Shown here in pieces: positions 13,679 to 31,610 of a stretch of DNA of 64,000 nucleotides. The notes under the pieces are model-generated. The model worked only from the letters and a program-made list of their open reading frames with translations. It ran no database searches and had not been told where the DNA came from. The position numbers and the translations under genes were made by a program. This stretch comes from the human T2T-CHM13v2.0 reference genome, Homo sapiens: the NCBI RefSeq assembly GCF_009914755.1, contig NC_060945.1; one strand, written 5' to 3'. Within the stretch, counting starts at the first letter, position 1. Each line of letters starts with the position of its first letter.

Positions 13679-13977
13679 GGCCAAGTGTGGTGGCTCACGC
13701 CTGTAAACCCAGCACTTGGGGAGGCCTCGGCGGGCAGATCACGAGGTCAGGAGATCGAGACCAGCCTGGTCAACATGGCGAAACCCTGTCTCTACTAAAA
13801 TATAAAAAATTAGCCAAACGTGATGGTACGCGCCTGTAGTCCCAGCTACTCAGGAGGCTGAGGCAGGGGAATCGCTTGAACCTGGGAGGCAGAGGTTGCA
13901 GAGAGCTGAGGTCCTGCAACTGCACTCCAGCCTGGCGACAGAGCGAGACTCCGTCCCAAAAAAAAAAAAAAAAAAGA
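13679..13977 (+). mobile_element. AluS (Sc-like) with 17-bp TSD
   Basis: Alu consensus; aagaaacaaaataaagg occurs on both sides. Confidence 0.95.
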
Positions 13978-14171
13978 AAGAAACAAAATAAAGGATGTGA
14001 TGAAAGTAATATATTAAGTGATAATAGCTTAATAGCTTAAGTTTTGAAAAATTCATGAAAAATACCAACCTATAAAATTAAGAAATCCAATGATCTCCAT
14101 TAAATATTTAAAAAAATGAACTTATAGATTATTTTCATAGCAAACACATAAAATATACAATCTTAGAGAAA

Positions 14172-14410
14172 TATTATATGTGTATATTATATATATTTAT
14201 ATATAAATATGTAAAACATATATTTATATATATATGTAAAACTATATATATAAATATGTAAAACATATATATATAAATATGTAAAACATATTTATATATA
14301 AATATGTAAAACATATTTATATATTTTATAAATGTATGTGTTCACATTATATTTATATAAATTATATATAGGTATATTTATCTATACCTATATATAATTT
14401 ATGTATACAT
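14172..14410. repeat. AT-rich minisatellite (~26-bp unit tatatataaatatgtaaaaca..) ending in a 20-bp-arm palindrome
   Basis: Repeated atataaatatgtaaaaca units; arms at 14357-14376 and 14383-14402. Confidence 0.9.
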
Positions 14411-14767
14411 AAATCAGTATGACGATGTAAATAATAAGACTACCATGGGACTTAAATTGTATATTTAATCAAAATATAGAACATAATAGGTTATTTGCAA
14501 GGATGAGGATAATGGAGATAAAGTGTCCCAAGTTTAGTGTAGGGCTTAGAAATATAATAAAAATACCAATTACTATACAGCTCCATCAACCCTAGCACAT
14601 TTAGGAATGATGGACTTTCTCACAAATTAATATTGTAATACCACATACAACGATATTTAACATTCTAAATTTTCATTTTCCAATTAACATAACTTCACAG
14701 ATTTAAAGCAAAGCTACATGGAGAAACAGATGGAACATCAGCAGATCAATATTCTTTTTAAAAATAC

Positions 14768-15074
<307 letters not shown>

Positions 15075-15089
15075 TTATTGAACGAAGGT

Positions 15090-16980
15090 CCATATGAAGA
15101 AGTTAGGAAAATTTGTAAAAGAAAGAAAGTAATAAGATAAACACAAAAATTAATGAAATAGTATACTAGAAATAATGAAATAGTATACTAGAAAAAATAA
15201 AATCAAATTTTTGTTTTTAAAAAGATGACAGTGATACATGCCAAGAAAAAATAATAAAGACAAAGATCCCAAATATCATAACTTTGGTTTAATACTAAAT
15301 GGAAGCTCCCAGACAATGTAGTAATGCAAAAGGAAGAAATAATATAAAAAGAAAGCTCAGATTTTTCAAGAGGACATAGAAAGTAAAAATGTAGAACATT
15401 CAAAAGGATTTATCAGTAAATTTAGAGTCATAAAACTGAGTTTAGAAACCTTTCAGGATACAAGATCACTATAAAAAAATTCTACTAAGTTTCTATAAAC
15501 AACTTGGCAATGTAAATAGATATATATTTTAATTTCAGGAAAATATATAAAACACCTAGAAAAATATTCAACAAAATGTGAAAGGCACATGTAACAAAAT
15601 TATAAAGCTGAGGAAAATTATAAAATAAAAAAAATTTAGTTAACAAGAAAGACCTCATGTATACAGATGGAGAGACTTAGAATTAGAATGATTTGCATTG
15701 TCCCCAAATTAATCTAAGAGGTCAATCATTCTTAACCAAAACTCTAACAAGTAGATTGTAAAATGTATATGTGAAGAAAAGAAGTGAGAATGACCAAAAT
15801 AATTTTGAAGAAGAGAAAACAAAATATTTGCTCCTCCAAATATCAGGAATTATTATAAATCTGAAGTAATTAACATTGCATAAATTAAGGTGTGATAATG
15901 AAATAAATCATTAACTAGACAAGAAGATGGACTACTTTTTAAAAATTGGTACTGAGTTATTCACTATTCATATATAGAAAAAATGAAATGACACCTTTTT
16001 TCTGTCTGCACAAAATTCTATTCTAAGTGAATTGTATGTTCAAGTTCAAATCTAAGTTGTATATCTTAATTGTGTATCATAATCAATAAAAATATATTTT
16101 TGCCCTGTGGATAGTTTTTTAACCAAAAGGCATGAAAGCGCTTATCAAAAATGTAGTGATTAGTGAACTAAACTATTAATATTAAAAACATCATCAAAAA
16201 ACCAAGAAGATACTAAAAATAAAAACCATTTTTTGGAATATACATTAGCAACTTAATTAAAATATTATCAATACAATATACAGATATACAACTGTATATG
16301 TAAAATAAATGAAAATCAACAAGAGATCTCATCCACTACATTTAAAAAGAAAATATTTTAAAGTCCAATACAAAAAGGGCCTCACCATCATTACTTATCA
16401 GGAAATTAAACTTTAAAAAATGCTATGCATCTACAATTACGAATAAAATTACAAAGATTTAAAAAATAAATAATTTATGAGAATGTGGATCAATAGATCT
16501 TTGATGAAACAGTAAATTAAATTACTATATCTACTTTTTAAAAATCTCTAAAAAGTTTAGGAATATCTACTGAAATTGAACAAATATATATTCATAAAAG
16601 TATGCTCATCTGCACCATGAAATACGTATAAGGAAGTTCTGTGTAACTTAATTATTATGACTAAAACCTGGAAACAACACAAATATCTGTGGATGACACA
16701 ATGTGAAAGTAAATTAGATCTATATTAGGTATCAATTTAAAAATTAATGTAAAAACTCAATGGACCAAGTTCCCATTAAAATAATTTATCTTTTAAAAAG
16801 TAAATTGGGATAAATCACCCAATGGAATAATATTTAGCAATAAATAATAATGAAGTGCTACAAACTGTTTACAAAGATAAATCTCACCAGTATAATTTAA
16901 TCAAAGAATTCAGGCATGAAGAAGCACAAGTTTTATGCTTTCTTTGAGGTAACATTTACCAGCATGCAAAAGCAAACTGT
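15090..16980 (+). mobile_element. Highly diverged L1M ORF2/3' remnant
   Basis: A-rich, with L1 motifs such as caggatacaagatc, aaaataattttgaagaagag and ctggaaacaac..aaatatc. Confidence 0.6.
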
Positions 16981-17886
16981 AAACCAGTTTTCATGAACAC
17001 CTGTTCAGTATTGCCTTAATATTTTTTGGTGGGAGTGAGAAATACTGAATTCACTTTCTCTTTATTGACCTATAGTTTCACATATGTTTATGAATACTAA
17101 AAGCAAAATGATAATTGAAAATAATCATGTACTGTTTAACTGAGGACAAACACAGTTTTGAATTCTTTTTAACTTCGTGATTTATAGGTTTATTAATCCA
17201 TTAATTGTTCTCTAATTAATTAAATATTTATCAAACACCTAATAGTATGTTTAAGGTAAATTTGTTCCAAAAAGCCCTTAACAGGCAACCAGTCTAATAG
17301 GCTAGAGAGAAAAGCCAATGTTTACAAAATAATGCATACTTTAATTAAATAATTCATTCGTTCATACCAAAAATATTTTTTGAATTACTACAAAATGCAT
17401 CACATGTATGTAGTTGGAAAGCAATGGATTTTATAAAGTGGGGGCAAACAGAGAAAATACTAAATGCAGTGAGAATATAGGAAGAGGAATCAATTAGAAG
17501 TTCAAGGATGCCTAACGGCTTTCATGGGGCCTCAAGCTAATTTGATTGAGAGGGGGCTATTTAAGATAAAATGCCAAGTTGCCTCTATACATAAATAGTT
17601 ATTTCAAGTAGGGAAAAGAAAAATTAAAAAATTTTAAATGTTGACGCATACTGCATATATTATGAAATTTTTAAAAGTGATACACTCTTTATATGAATCA
17701 ACTTACCAGATACTACTCTGTAGTATTGTTTTCCTTTCATCTAGCTGTTTTCTTTGAATAACTCATGTGACATTTCTCTACAGAGAAAAGTGAAAGATAT
17801 TTTTGTCTTTTAATTATTACAATCAACATTTGTTTTGGTTTGTTTTTATTTTATTCTATTTACTTATTTTTTTAAGTTTTTTTGCC

Positions 17887-18171
17887 TTTTTTTTTTTTTT
17901 TTTTTGAGATGGAGTCTCATTCTGTCAATGGGCTGGAGTGTAGTGGCGTGATCTTGGCTCACTGCAATCTCTGCCTCCAAGTTCGAGTGGTTCCCCTGTG
18001 TCAGCCTCCCTAGTAGCTGCGCACCACCATGCCTGGCTAATTTTTTGTATTTTAGTAGGGATGGGGTTTCACCATGTTGGCCAGGATGGTCTTGATCTCC
18101 TGACCTCGTGATCTGCCCGCCTCGGCCTCCCAAAGTGCTGGGATTATAGGCATGAGCCAACACACTTGGCC
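17887..18171 (-). mobile_element. AluS (Sc-like)
   Basis: Antisense Alu consensus with poly-T. Confidence 0.93.
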
Positions 18172-18172
18172 T

Positions 18173-19192
<1,020 letters not shown>

Positions 19193-19479
19193 GATAATAA
19201 TTATGATGTTATTTAACCTTTATAATTGCCTTATGTTAAATATTATTCTAATATCATTTATATTTTTGTATCTGCAAAAAAAGTATGACATGAAAGGTTA
19301 ATTAACCTGCCCCTAACAATCCGTAAGTGGTAGAGTCCGAATTTTAATTCAGGCATTTGCTTCAGTATCTGCACTCTTAAACACTGCACTGAACTCTCAT
19401 CACTACAAGGTACTGTATTAAAGTTATAAGAACATAAATCATGATCCCACCGGAGCTTATTGTTCACCATCTTATCGGC

Positions 19480-19830
19480 TGCTAAATCCCACAGGGGTTT
19501 CTTTGGAGATTTGTCTTCTGCTGAATGGAGCTGCCTCTCCAGTGGGTCCAATCGCATCTGTAGCCCTCAGCCTGATGTAGGGTTATAAAAGGCTGGCCCA
19601 GGACCTCAACAGGGATAACCTCCAAGTAAGGTTTATGCTCCATAGTAGCCCCTCTGTCGATACAGCCAAGGCTAGGTTTTACCTGAGACCAGATCCCTGC
19701 TCAGCTGTCTCCCACTTCCCAATTTTTCTTCACATTCTCTCTTATATTCTGAGGAGCGCACCTCCAACAAATCGTATGCACTTGAATCCTTCACTTAGAC
19801 TCTGCTTTTATGGAACCTGATCTAAAACAC
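19480..19830 (+). mobile_element. LTR16-like ERVL LTR remnant
   Basis: 3' end tgcacttgaatcctt..ttagactctgctttta.ggaacctgatctaaaaca. Confidence 0.55.
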
Positions 19831-20236
19831 TTTTCATTCTTATTGCACATCTTTAAAATGCAAAAACTGCCTAGAAAGTTGACATTTGTAAAAATAAATG
19901 AAGTCAACTGCAGATATTTTCATATGTATACATTTCTGTATTTAATAATTTCTATATTTCCTTCTTACAATCAGCAAATAGATTGTGAAAAACAGAAAAT
20001 AAAGTCTCTTTTCTGATCATGTGGGGTTTTCTTCTACTACCTATTGTTTATTGAATCTTCTTAACCATTTTATATCTACTCCTTTAATCATCAGAACCTA
20101 ATATTTTAATAATCCTTAGAATTAATTATTAAATATCATTATTATAATTTAGACAAGAGAGTTGGAAGAAATATATTAATTAACTTATTATCTGTGTGAC
20201 AGTGGGCAAGTGGTGGATAGGGAAGTCCAAGATTAT

Positions 20237-20398
20237 GTTAGCTGGGCATGGTGGTGTGCACCTTTATTCCCAGCTACTCAGGAGGGAGAGGTGGGAGGAT
20301 CGCTTGAGCCTAGAAGGAGGAGGTTGCAGTGAGCCAAGATCACACCACTGCACTCCAGCTTGGATGACACAGCGAGATCCTATCTTTAAAAAGAAGAA
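20237..20398 (+). mobile_element. Alu right monomer (AluJ/FRAM)
   Basis: ttagctgggcatggtgg...ggaggatcgcttgagcc...gcactccagc. Confidence 0.85.
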
Positions 20399-21133
20399 AG
20401 TCAAAGATCATGTTTTAAATGTAATATATTGGCCCTGATCAACAAATTAATCACTTTGCTTTGTTCCTCCTTGGAAAGAAAATCTATAAAGAAGGTATCA
20501 ATTAGACAAGTTCCTTAAAGGATATTAAACCACTCCATCAAATTACAAATTCTCAGGAATAATCAGTTCCTCATAGAACTAGCTAATCAACTTTATTGAC
20601 TATTGAACTGAATTGACCAATTTAAATAGTTGATTTGGCTTCACATAAGTATATCTTTGAAGAGCAATAATAAAGCCCAGGTTTAATGGGAGAGGTGTCA
20701 AACTATATTAGGGCCAGATTTGGAAACTGACATATACACAGAGGTACATATACACATGATTTTCAAATTGACATTTTTGCCTTATTCTCCTGCTTAATAT
20801 TTCAATATTAATAATTAAAAAATGCATATTTAATGTAAGACTTTTACATTTTTGCATGCCTACAAGGTTGTTTTATAAAAATAACTGGCTGAATGAAAAA
20901 CCTTATGTCTGAGACCATTGATTTGGGCAATGGATAAGAAGACCTTGAGGACTTAGTGACAGGTAGTAAGTCTGACTTAGCAAAGAAAAGTAAAATATAA
21001 GGACTTCTAAAAACATAAAAAGCTTTATTAAATACTGTTGCCTAAAGAAAAACAAAGGGCTTTTGAAGAATTAAAGTTGGTTTTATTCAGAAGTCCTACT
21101 GAGGACTATAGACTGAGGCCTGCAGCCTGGAAA

Positions 21134-21687
21134 TGTTACCGGAAAGGGGTCTCAATTCATACCCCAAGAGAGGGTTTGTGGATCTTACAAAAGGAAGAAT
21201 TCAGGGCGAATCCATAGAGTAAAGTGACAGATAGTTTATTAAGAAAGTAGAGGAATAAAATAATGGCTACTCCATAGACAGAGCAGCCCCGAGAGCTGCT
21301 GGTTGCCCATTTTTATGGTTATTTCTTGATTATATGCCAAGCAAGGGGTGGATTATTCATGCCTTCTTTTTTCAGACCATATAGGGTAACTTCCTGATGT
21401 GGCCATGGCATTTGTAAACTGTCATGGCGCTGGTGGGAGTGTAATAGTGAGGGCCACCAGAGGACACTCTCATCGCCATCTTGGTTTTGGTGGGTTTAGG
21501 CCAGCTTCTTTACTGCAACCTGTTGTCTTAGCAGGATCTTTATGACCTGTATCTGGTGCGGACCTCCTATCTTATTCTGTGACTTAGAATGCCTTAATCA
21601 TTTGAGAATGCAGCTCAGTAGGTCTCAGTCTCATTTTACCCAGCCCCTATTCAAGATGGAGTTGCTTTGGTTCAAATGCCTCTGACA
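21134..21687 (-). mobile_element. MER41A-like ERV1 solo LTR (554 bp), inserted into an older LTR-like fragment (~21037-21775)
   Basis: The reverse complement starts tgtcagaggcatttgaaccaaagcaactccatcttgaataggggctgggtaaaat and ends cccctttccggtaaca; 4-bp TSD gaaa/gaac. Confidence 0.9.
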
Positions 21688-21777
21688 GAACCAGCCCATT
21701 AGAGAGGTTCTTTTGGACTGCTCCTAGGCTGTAGGCCTCAGGAATAATTCTCAGGAAGACTTCCAGATAAAACTAGC

Positions 21778-25826
<4,049 letters not shown>

Positions 25827-25924
25827 AAACTCTATTTCCCTAAAAGTTTGACGTTTTCTTCAGTTGGCAATATTTATTTGAAAAGGAAGTGAAAGTGAAG
25901 TATTAAAATACAGTGAGAGATGTA

Positions 25925-26100
25925 ATTCTCAAATGCCTCCCATGAACCAGCAGTATCAGCGTTACCCGGGAACTCAGTAATTTAAATGTTTGTGCCCCAT
26001 TCCAGACCTTTAAAACATGAATCTGAGGACAAGGCCCTGAAATTTGCTATAACGAGCCTTTCAAATGATTCCGATTTGCTTAAAGGTTTGAAAATCACGG
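25925..26100. mobile_element. MER5A-like DNA transposon
   Basis: ttctcaaa...ccagcagtatcagc.ttacc.gggaact...gccccattccagacct...gtttgaaaatcac. Confidence 0.65.
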
Positions 26101-26207
26101 ACATACGGAGTAAAATGGAGATGTTTATGAATAGGGCTCATGTAACTTAGCAAATTTTGCCGGTTAGAAAGGCTCTTTGCTGTTTATCTAGTTGTTTCAT
26201 TGTTTTA

Positions 26208-26567
<360 letters not shown>

Positions 26568-26669
26568 TGAAAATACAATGTTTTCAGGTCCTTATTCTGA
26601 AATTAATGGAATATAAAATTATCAGAAGGTAGATACTGAATAACTATAGATGTATATTTTAAATTAGCC

Positions 26670-26830
26670 TGCCAACGCGCCCAGCTAATTTTTAATTTTT
26701 TTTAATTTTTAGTAGAGATGGGGTTTCCCCATGTTGGCTAGGCTTGTCTTGAGCTCCTAACCTCAGGTAATCCCCCTGCCTTGTCCTCCCAAAGTGCTGA
26801 GATTACAGGTGTGAGCCACTGCGCCCAGCC
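26670..26830 (-). mobile_element. Partial Alu (left arm plus linker)
   Basis: cccagctaattttt...ttagtagagatggggtttc...gagccactgcgcccagcc. Confidence 0.88.
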
Positions 26831-27030
26831 TGTTTATTTTAATTTAAGGATTATCTTAATATACAGGTCATGAAGGTTTAGAGATACTTGATTTTGCTAA
26901 GCAATTCAAAAAGAAATGATGCAGAAATCAAAAGGACACTATTAATTTCCTAAAATAGATTAATATTTAAATAAAGTCTTTGCTATGAAAACAGAAAACA
27001 CTCCAGGTATTTAAATTACAGTGAAATTTA

Positions 27031-27450
27031 AGCCAGAAGCAGTGGTGTATGCCTGTAGTCCCAGCCACTCAGGAGGCTGAAGCAAGAGGGTTGTTTGAGC
27101 TCAGGAACTAGAAACCAGCCTAGACAAAACAGCAAGACCCTGTTTTAAAAAAACAAACAAACAAAAAAAAAAAAAAAAAAAAAAAAAACAAAACTGTGGG
27201 ACAGAGTCCAAGGTGTGAGGATTAATAGAGCCCAGGAGTTTGAGAACAGCCTGGTCAACATAAAGACATACCAATTCTACAAAAAAAAAAAAAAAAATCA
27301 GTTATAATTAACAAATTAGCTGGGTGTGGTGCCATGTACCTATAGGCCCAGCTACTCAGGAGGCTGAGGCAGGAGGATTGCTTGAGCCCTGGAGATTGAG
27401 GCTGCACTGAGCTGTGGTTGCACCACTGCACTCCAGCCTGGTTGACAGAA
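27031..27450 (+). mobile_element. FLAM-like monomer with a long A tract, followed by a tailless AluJ
   Basis: Monomer at 27031-27145, A tract to ~27192, then AluJ diagnostics (ggaggattgcttgagccc, gaggctgca.tgagc). Confidence 0.8.
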
Positions 27451-28379
27451 TAATTTAAAAATGGGATATATACAGGAAACTTGTTTTCTTTAAAAGTATT
27501 GGAAAAGGATAAGGAACAGCTATCAGGAGGAATCATGGGAGGAAATCTGGAAGTGTAGAAATCAGGGAAGTTATTTCCAGTGGTCCAGCTGCCTGCATCA
27601 TTAAGAAGAGCTGTACTCTAGGGAATTAGCCACTCAAACAGCATTTCTTCAATGTGTTCAGCACTTGCCATATCTGCAGGGGTAGGAAATGAATGATGTC
27701 TGCTTTCCTTCCAATTTCCAAACCTTTTATATGCTCCTCTGATTCTATCATCTATATTGGAATCCTACTGGCAAGGGAGTCCAGGAAATGTAGTTCCTAG
27801 ATGTCCAGTGCTTGACACACAGCAAGACATTAAAAGGGCAATAGCTGTTTTAATACAAAAAGAAAACATTCCACACAACCAGTCTACCTCTCTGGATGAT
27901 CAGCTTTGAAACACACCTTTCTATCTACATTAAAGTATAGAAACAATCATAATAAAATCATGTATATGTTCCAAGTATAATTGCATAAGTGAACAAAAGA
28001 TCATTCTTTTCCTTAAAAGGAAAGACACGAAAACCCATCAATTATTGGAGTCATATCTGGGTGCTCTAGAGAATGTTCTGGTTTGCCAACATACACCCGT
28101 TACCCCATAGGAGTCTCATTTCTTTATGATATTCAGGATCAATCACCACCATGGCCATACGGAACCACAGATAGCCAGATGAACAGGAAGATATCAGAAC
28201 AGGTAGGACAAAATATCAGCTTCTAGTTCAATCAAACCTTTGTTGTGTTCTCTTTTGGAAGCACTCCTATCTTGCAGACAACAAGACCTCTAAATAAGAA
28301 GAGGACAAAGATGGAAAAATAAAAAGTAAGAATAACTGAGAGTGCAAATAAAAGTAGTAGTGAGAGAGTATTCTGTTTG

Positions 28380-29815
28380 CATCTCTTGTTTCTCATATCT
28401 ATGTTCCGGCTTCAGTAAAACTACCAAAATACCAAGTCTGTGGCATATTCCTCATAGATTGGTAACCTAAATATGTAAGCTCTTATAACCTAGTTGTGAC
28501 ATGACTTAGATTTATTATTCTGTTACAACTCTTTCTATATATAGCAAAACCATTAGTTGCGGTAGGTGTTGCTCATTGCCTTTTTTGCTATAAAATGATT
28601 AACTTGTCAAAAGCAGTATTGTTTGAAGTAGCACAACAATTAGTAAGATATTCACTCAATCTACATTTGGGCAAAAGCATTGGAAGCAAGGAAAGTAACT
28701 AATATTAACATTAATTTTATTTTCTAACACAAAAAATAAAATATTGAAAAAGGTTCAATATTATCAACCTGCCACCATGTAGCCAGTTTGTTCTTTCATG
28801 GAGAGGGAGCATACTAGTGGTTCCGCTTTGGCTCCTACCCTTGGCAGATTGGGCACTCAGAAATAGTGACAGGTGTCATGAGAGGTCATGAATTAATGAA
28901 CAAGTATGGTATGGCTGAGAATAGAAGCTGACAATCATATAGAGAACTGGATAATTGGTTCTCTTGATTATCAAAACCCTCCCCTACAGTGGGTGAACTT
29001 TGATGAGCTTCCAAATAGAACACAAATCATGCTCAAAATATCCATCTTACTATCAGCATAAAACCATCACAAGTATTCATGTCAACAATCCATGACCATG
29101 CACTAAACTATTCCTTATTATCTAAAAATCAGTATATATCTTACTTGTGCTCATATTTTATGCAAAGAAAATTGAGCAACAAGCTTCACTTTTGACATGC
29201 CAAACATTGGGAGGATGTCCTTCCAGTTTTTTCACATAACCACATAGGTATGCCATTGTAATGCAGCATCATACCTCTTCAACTGATGCCACAACCTTCT
29301 AAAATCTACGAATAAGATTTTGTTTATTTTTTTGATTTTTCCTCAGACACATTTTATGAACTCTCCATGAGCCCATAAGAGGGGACTGATGGACAAATAT
29401 GAATATACCATAAGTAGGTACCCAGAAGTTGAAGTCGTTTTCAAGAGTTGTAAATGGCCTGAGATTTTAACCAACTTGCAAGCTAACAAATTTGGGTGCC
29501 AGAGTCTCATGGATATTGGTGACTAACATCCATTGGTCAGAGATGAAGAGAAGTTAATTACTCATGGAAATTACAGTTGCCAGAGTGTCAACATATTTTA
29601 CTAATTGCCCAAGCCCAGATGTTCCCAGGACAATGACAAGAGGATCAGATGACACCATCACCCACAATGAGTTCCATTGCAAGAAAGGAACCCTCAGCTC
29701 TGGGAACCCTGATATTTTATACTGGGCCTTAAACATGGCTTTCCTTTGTTCTTGAAAAATATATATTTATTATACGAGACAATAAACATACCTGTCCTTT
29801 GCTGTGGAGAGAGTA
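28380..29815 (-). mobile_element. Old ERVL-type internal remnant plus an LTR-like segment (~29449-29815)
   Basis: ttatcaacctgccacca, ggcagattgggcactcag; acttgcaagctaacaa..tgcca..gtctcatggat. The family assignment is tentative. Confidence 0.45.
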
Positions 29816-29861
29816 ATTGAAGTACATATACATGACAAATAAATTGTATCTAGAATATATA

Positions 29862-30183
29862 TTTTTATTTATTTGTTTATTTTTGTTTTGTTTTGTTTGA
29901 GACAGAGTCTCGCTCTATTGCCCAGGCTGGAGGGCAGTGGCACGATCTTGGCTCACTGCAAGCTCTGCCTCCCGGGTTCACGCCATTCTCCTGCCTCAGC
30001 CTCCTGAGTAGCTGGGACTACAGACAGCCACCACCACGCCCAGCTAAATTTCTTTTTGTGTTTTTAGTAGAAACGGGGTTTCACCGTGTTAGCCAGGATG
30101 GTCTTGATCTCCTGACCTCATGATCTGCTCACCTCAGCCTCCCAAAGTGCTGGGATTACAGGTGTGAGCCACCACACCTGGCC
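29862..30183 (-). mobile_element. AluY-like
   Basis: Diagnostics gcaagctc.gcctcccgggttcacgccattctc and accgtgttagccaggatggtc. Confidence 0.93.
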
Positions 30184-31151
30184 CAGAATATATATTTTTA
30201 AAAGCCCTTCTAACTCAATAGTATGTAGACTAATAACTCAAAACATAGGCAAATATTTTGAACAAACATTTCACTAAATATACAGAAACGTAACCACATA
30301 AAAGCATGTTTACTACTTTTAATAATCAGAAAATTACAAAGTACATCACAGTGAGTTTCTACTATGTACAATAGAACATATAATATTCAAAAGACTGAGA
30401 GTATTTATTTTTAACAAGGATATGGAACATATTTTTCTCACACATTGCTGGTGATCTTATAAAAACATACAATCACTTTGGGAAAACATCTGTGAGTTTC
30501 TTACAAAGACAAATATTGTTTTTAACATACAAATCACCAGTTTCATTCTCATATATGTATATCTTATGTATTCACTTCCCTCTGTTACAAGAATGTAAGC
30601 ACTGTAACAAATATTCAAATTCCAAATCATTGTTTTCTAATACTGACTGAACAATAGAATTATTTGTATATATTAAAAAATATTTATGCCCCCGTTGACA
30701 TACACAGAGAGAGTGTGTAAGAGAGAGAGAGAGAGAAAGAGCAAGAAAGACCCCAATGCCTAGGCTGCACTCCAAACAAATTCAAGTAGAATCTCTAGAA
30801 ACAGGGTCTGGGTCTGGGTATCACTGTACCATATGAAAAAATTCCATAGGACATCAAAGCTATGCCAGCCATTATCACAAAAGACAATATTCCTACTTGC
30901 TTTAACTACTTGAAGGAACAATTAAGTAGCTACACAAACATTTGTGACATATTTTACAAATAAATTTGGAAATCACTGATATTAAATGTCACGATGACCA
31001 GTGTCATAAATTATTTCTACCAATAAAATATCAGGAATATCACAAATTTAAAAACTAGTATACTATATTTGGGTTGCCATATAAGAAGCCTAAAGCAGTT
31101 AGAATAGTACTTGGCATATAGGCAGCTTTCAAGCTTTCAATGTGTTAGTAA

Positions 31152-31610
<459 letters not shown>

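Noticed and set aside
14172-14340. Regularly spaced repeats as a CRISPR-like array
   Set aside because: This is eukaryotic low-complexity minisatellite with no unique spacers and no cas genes.
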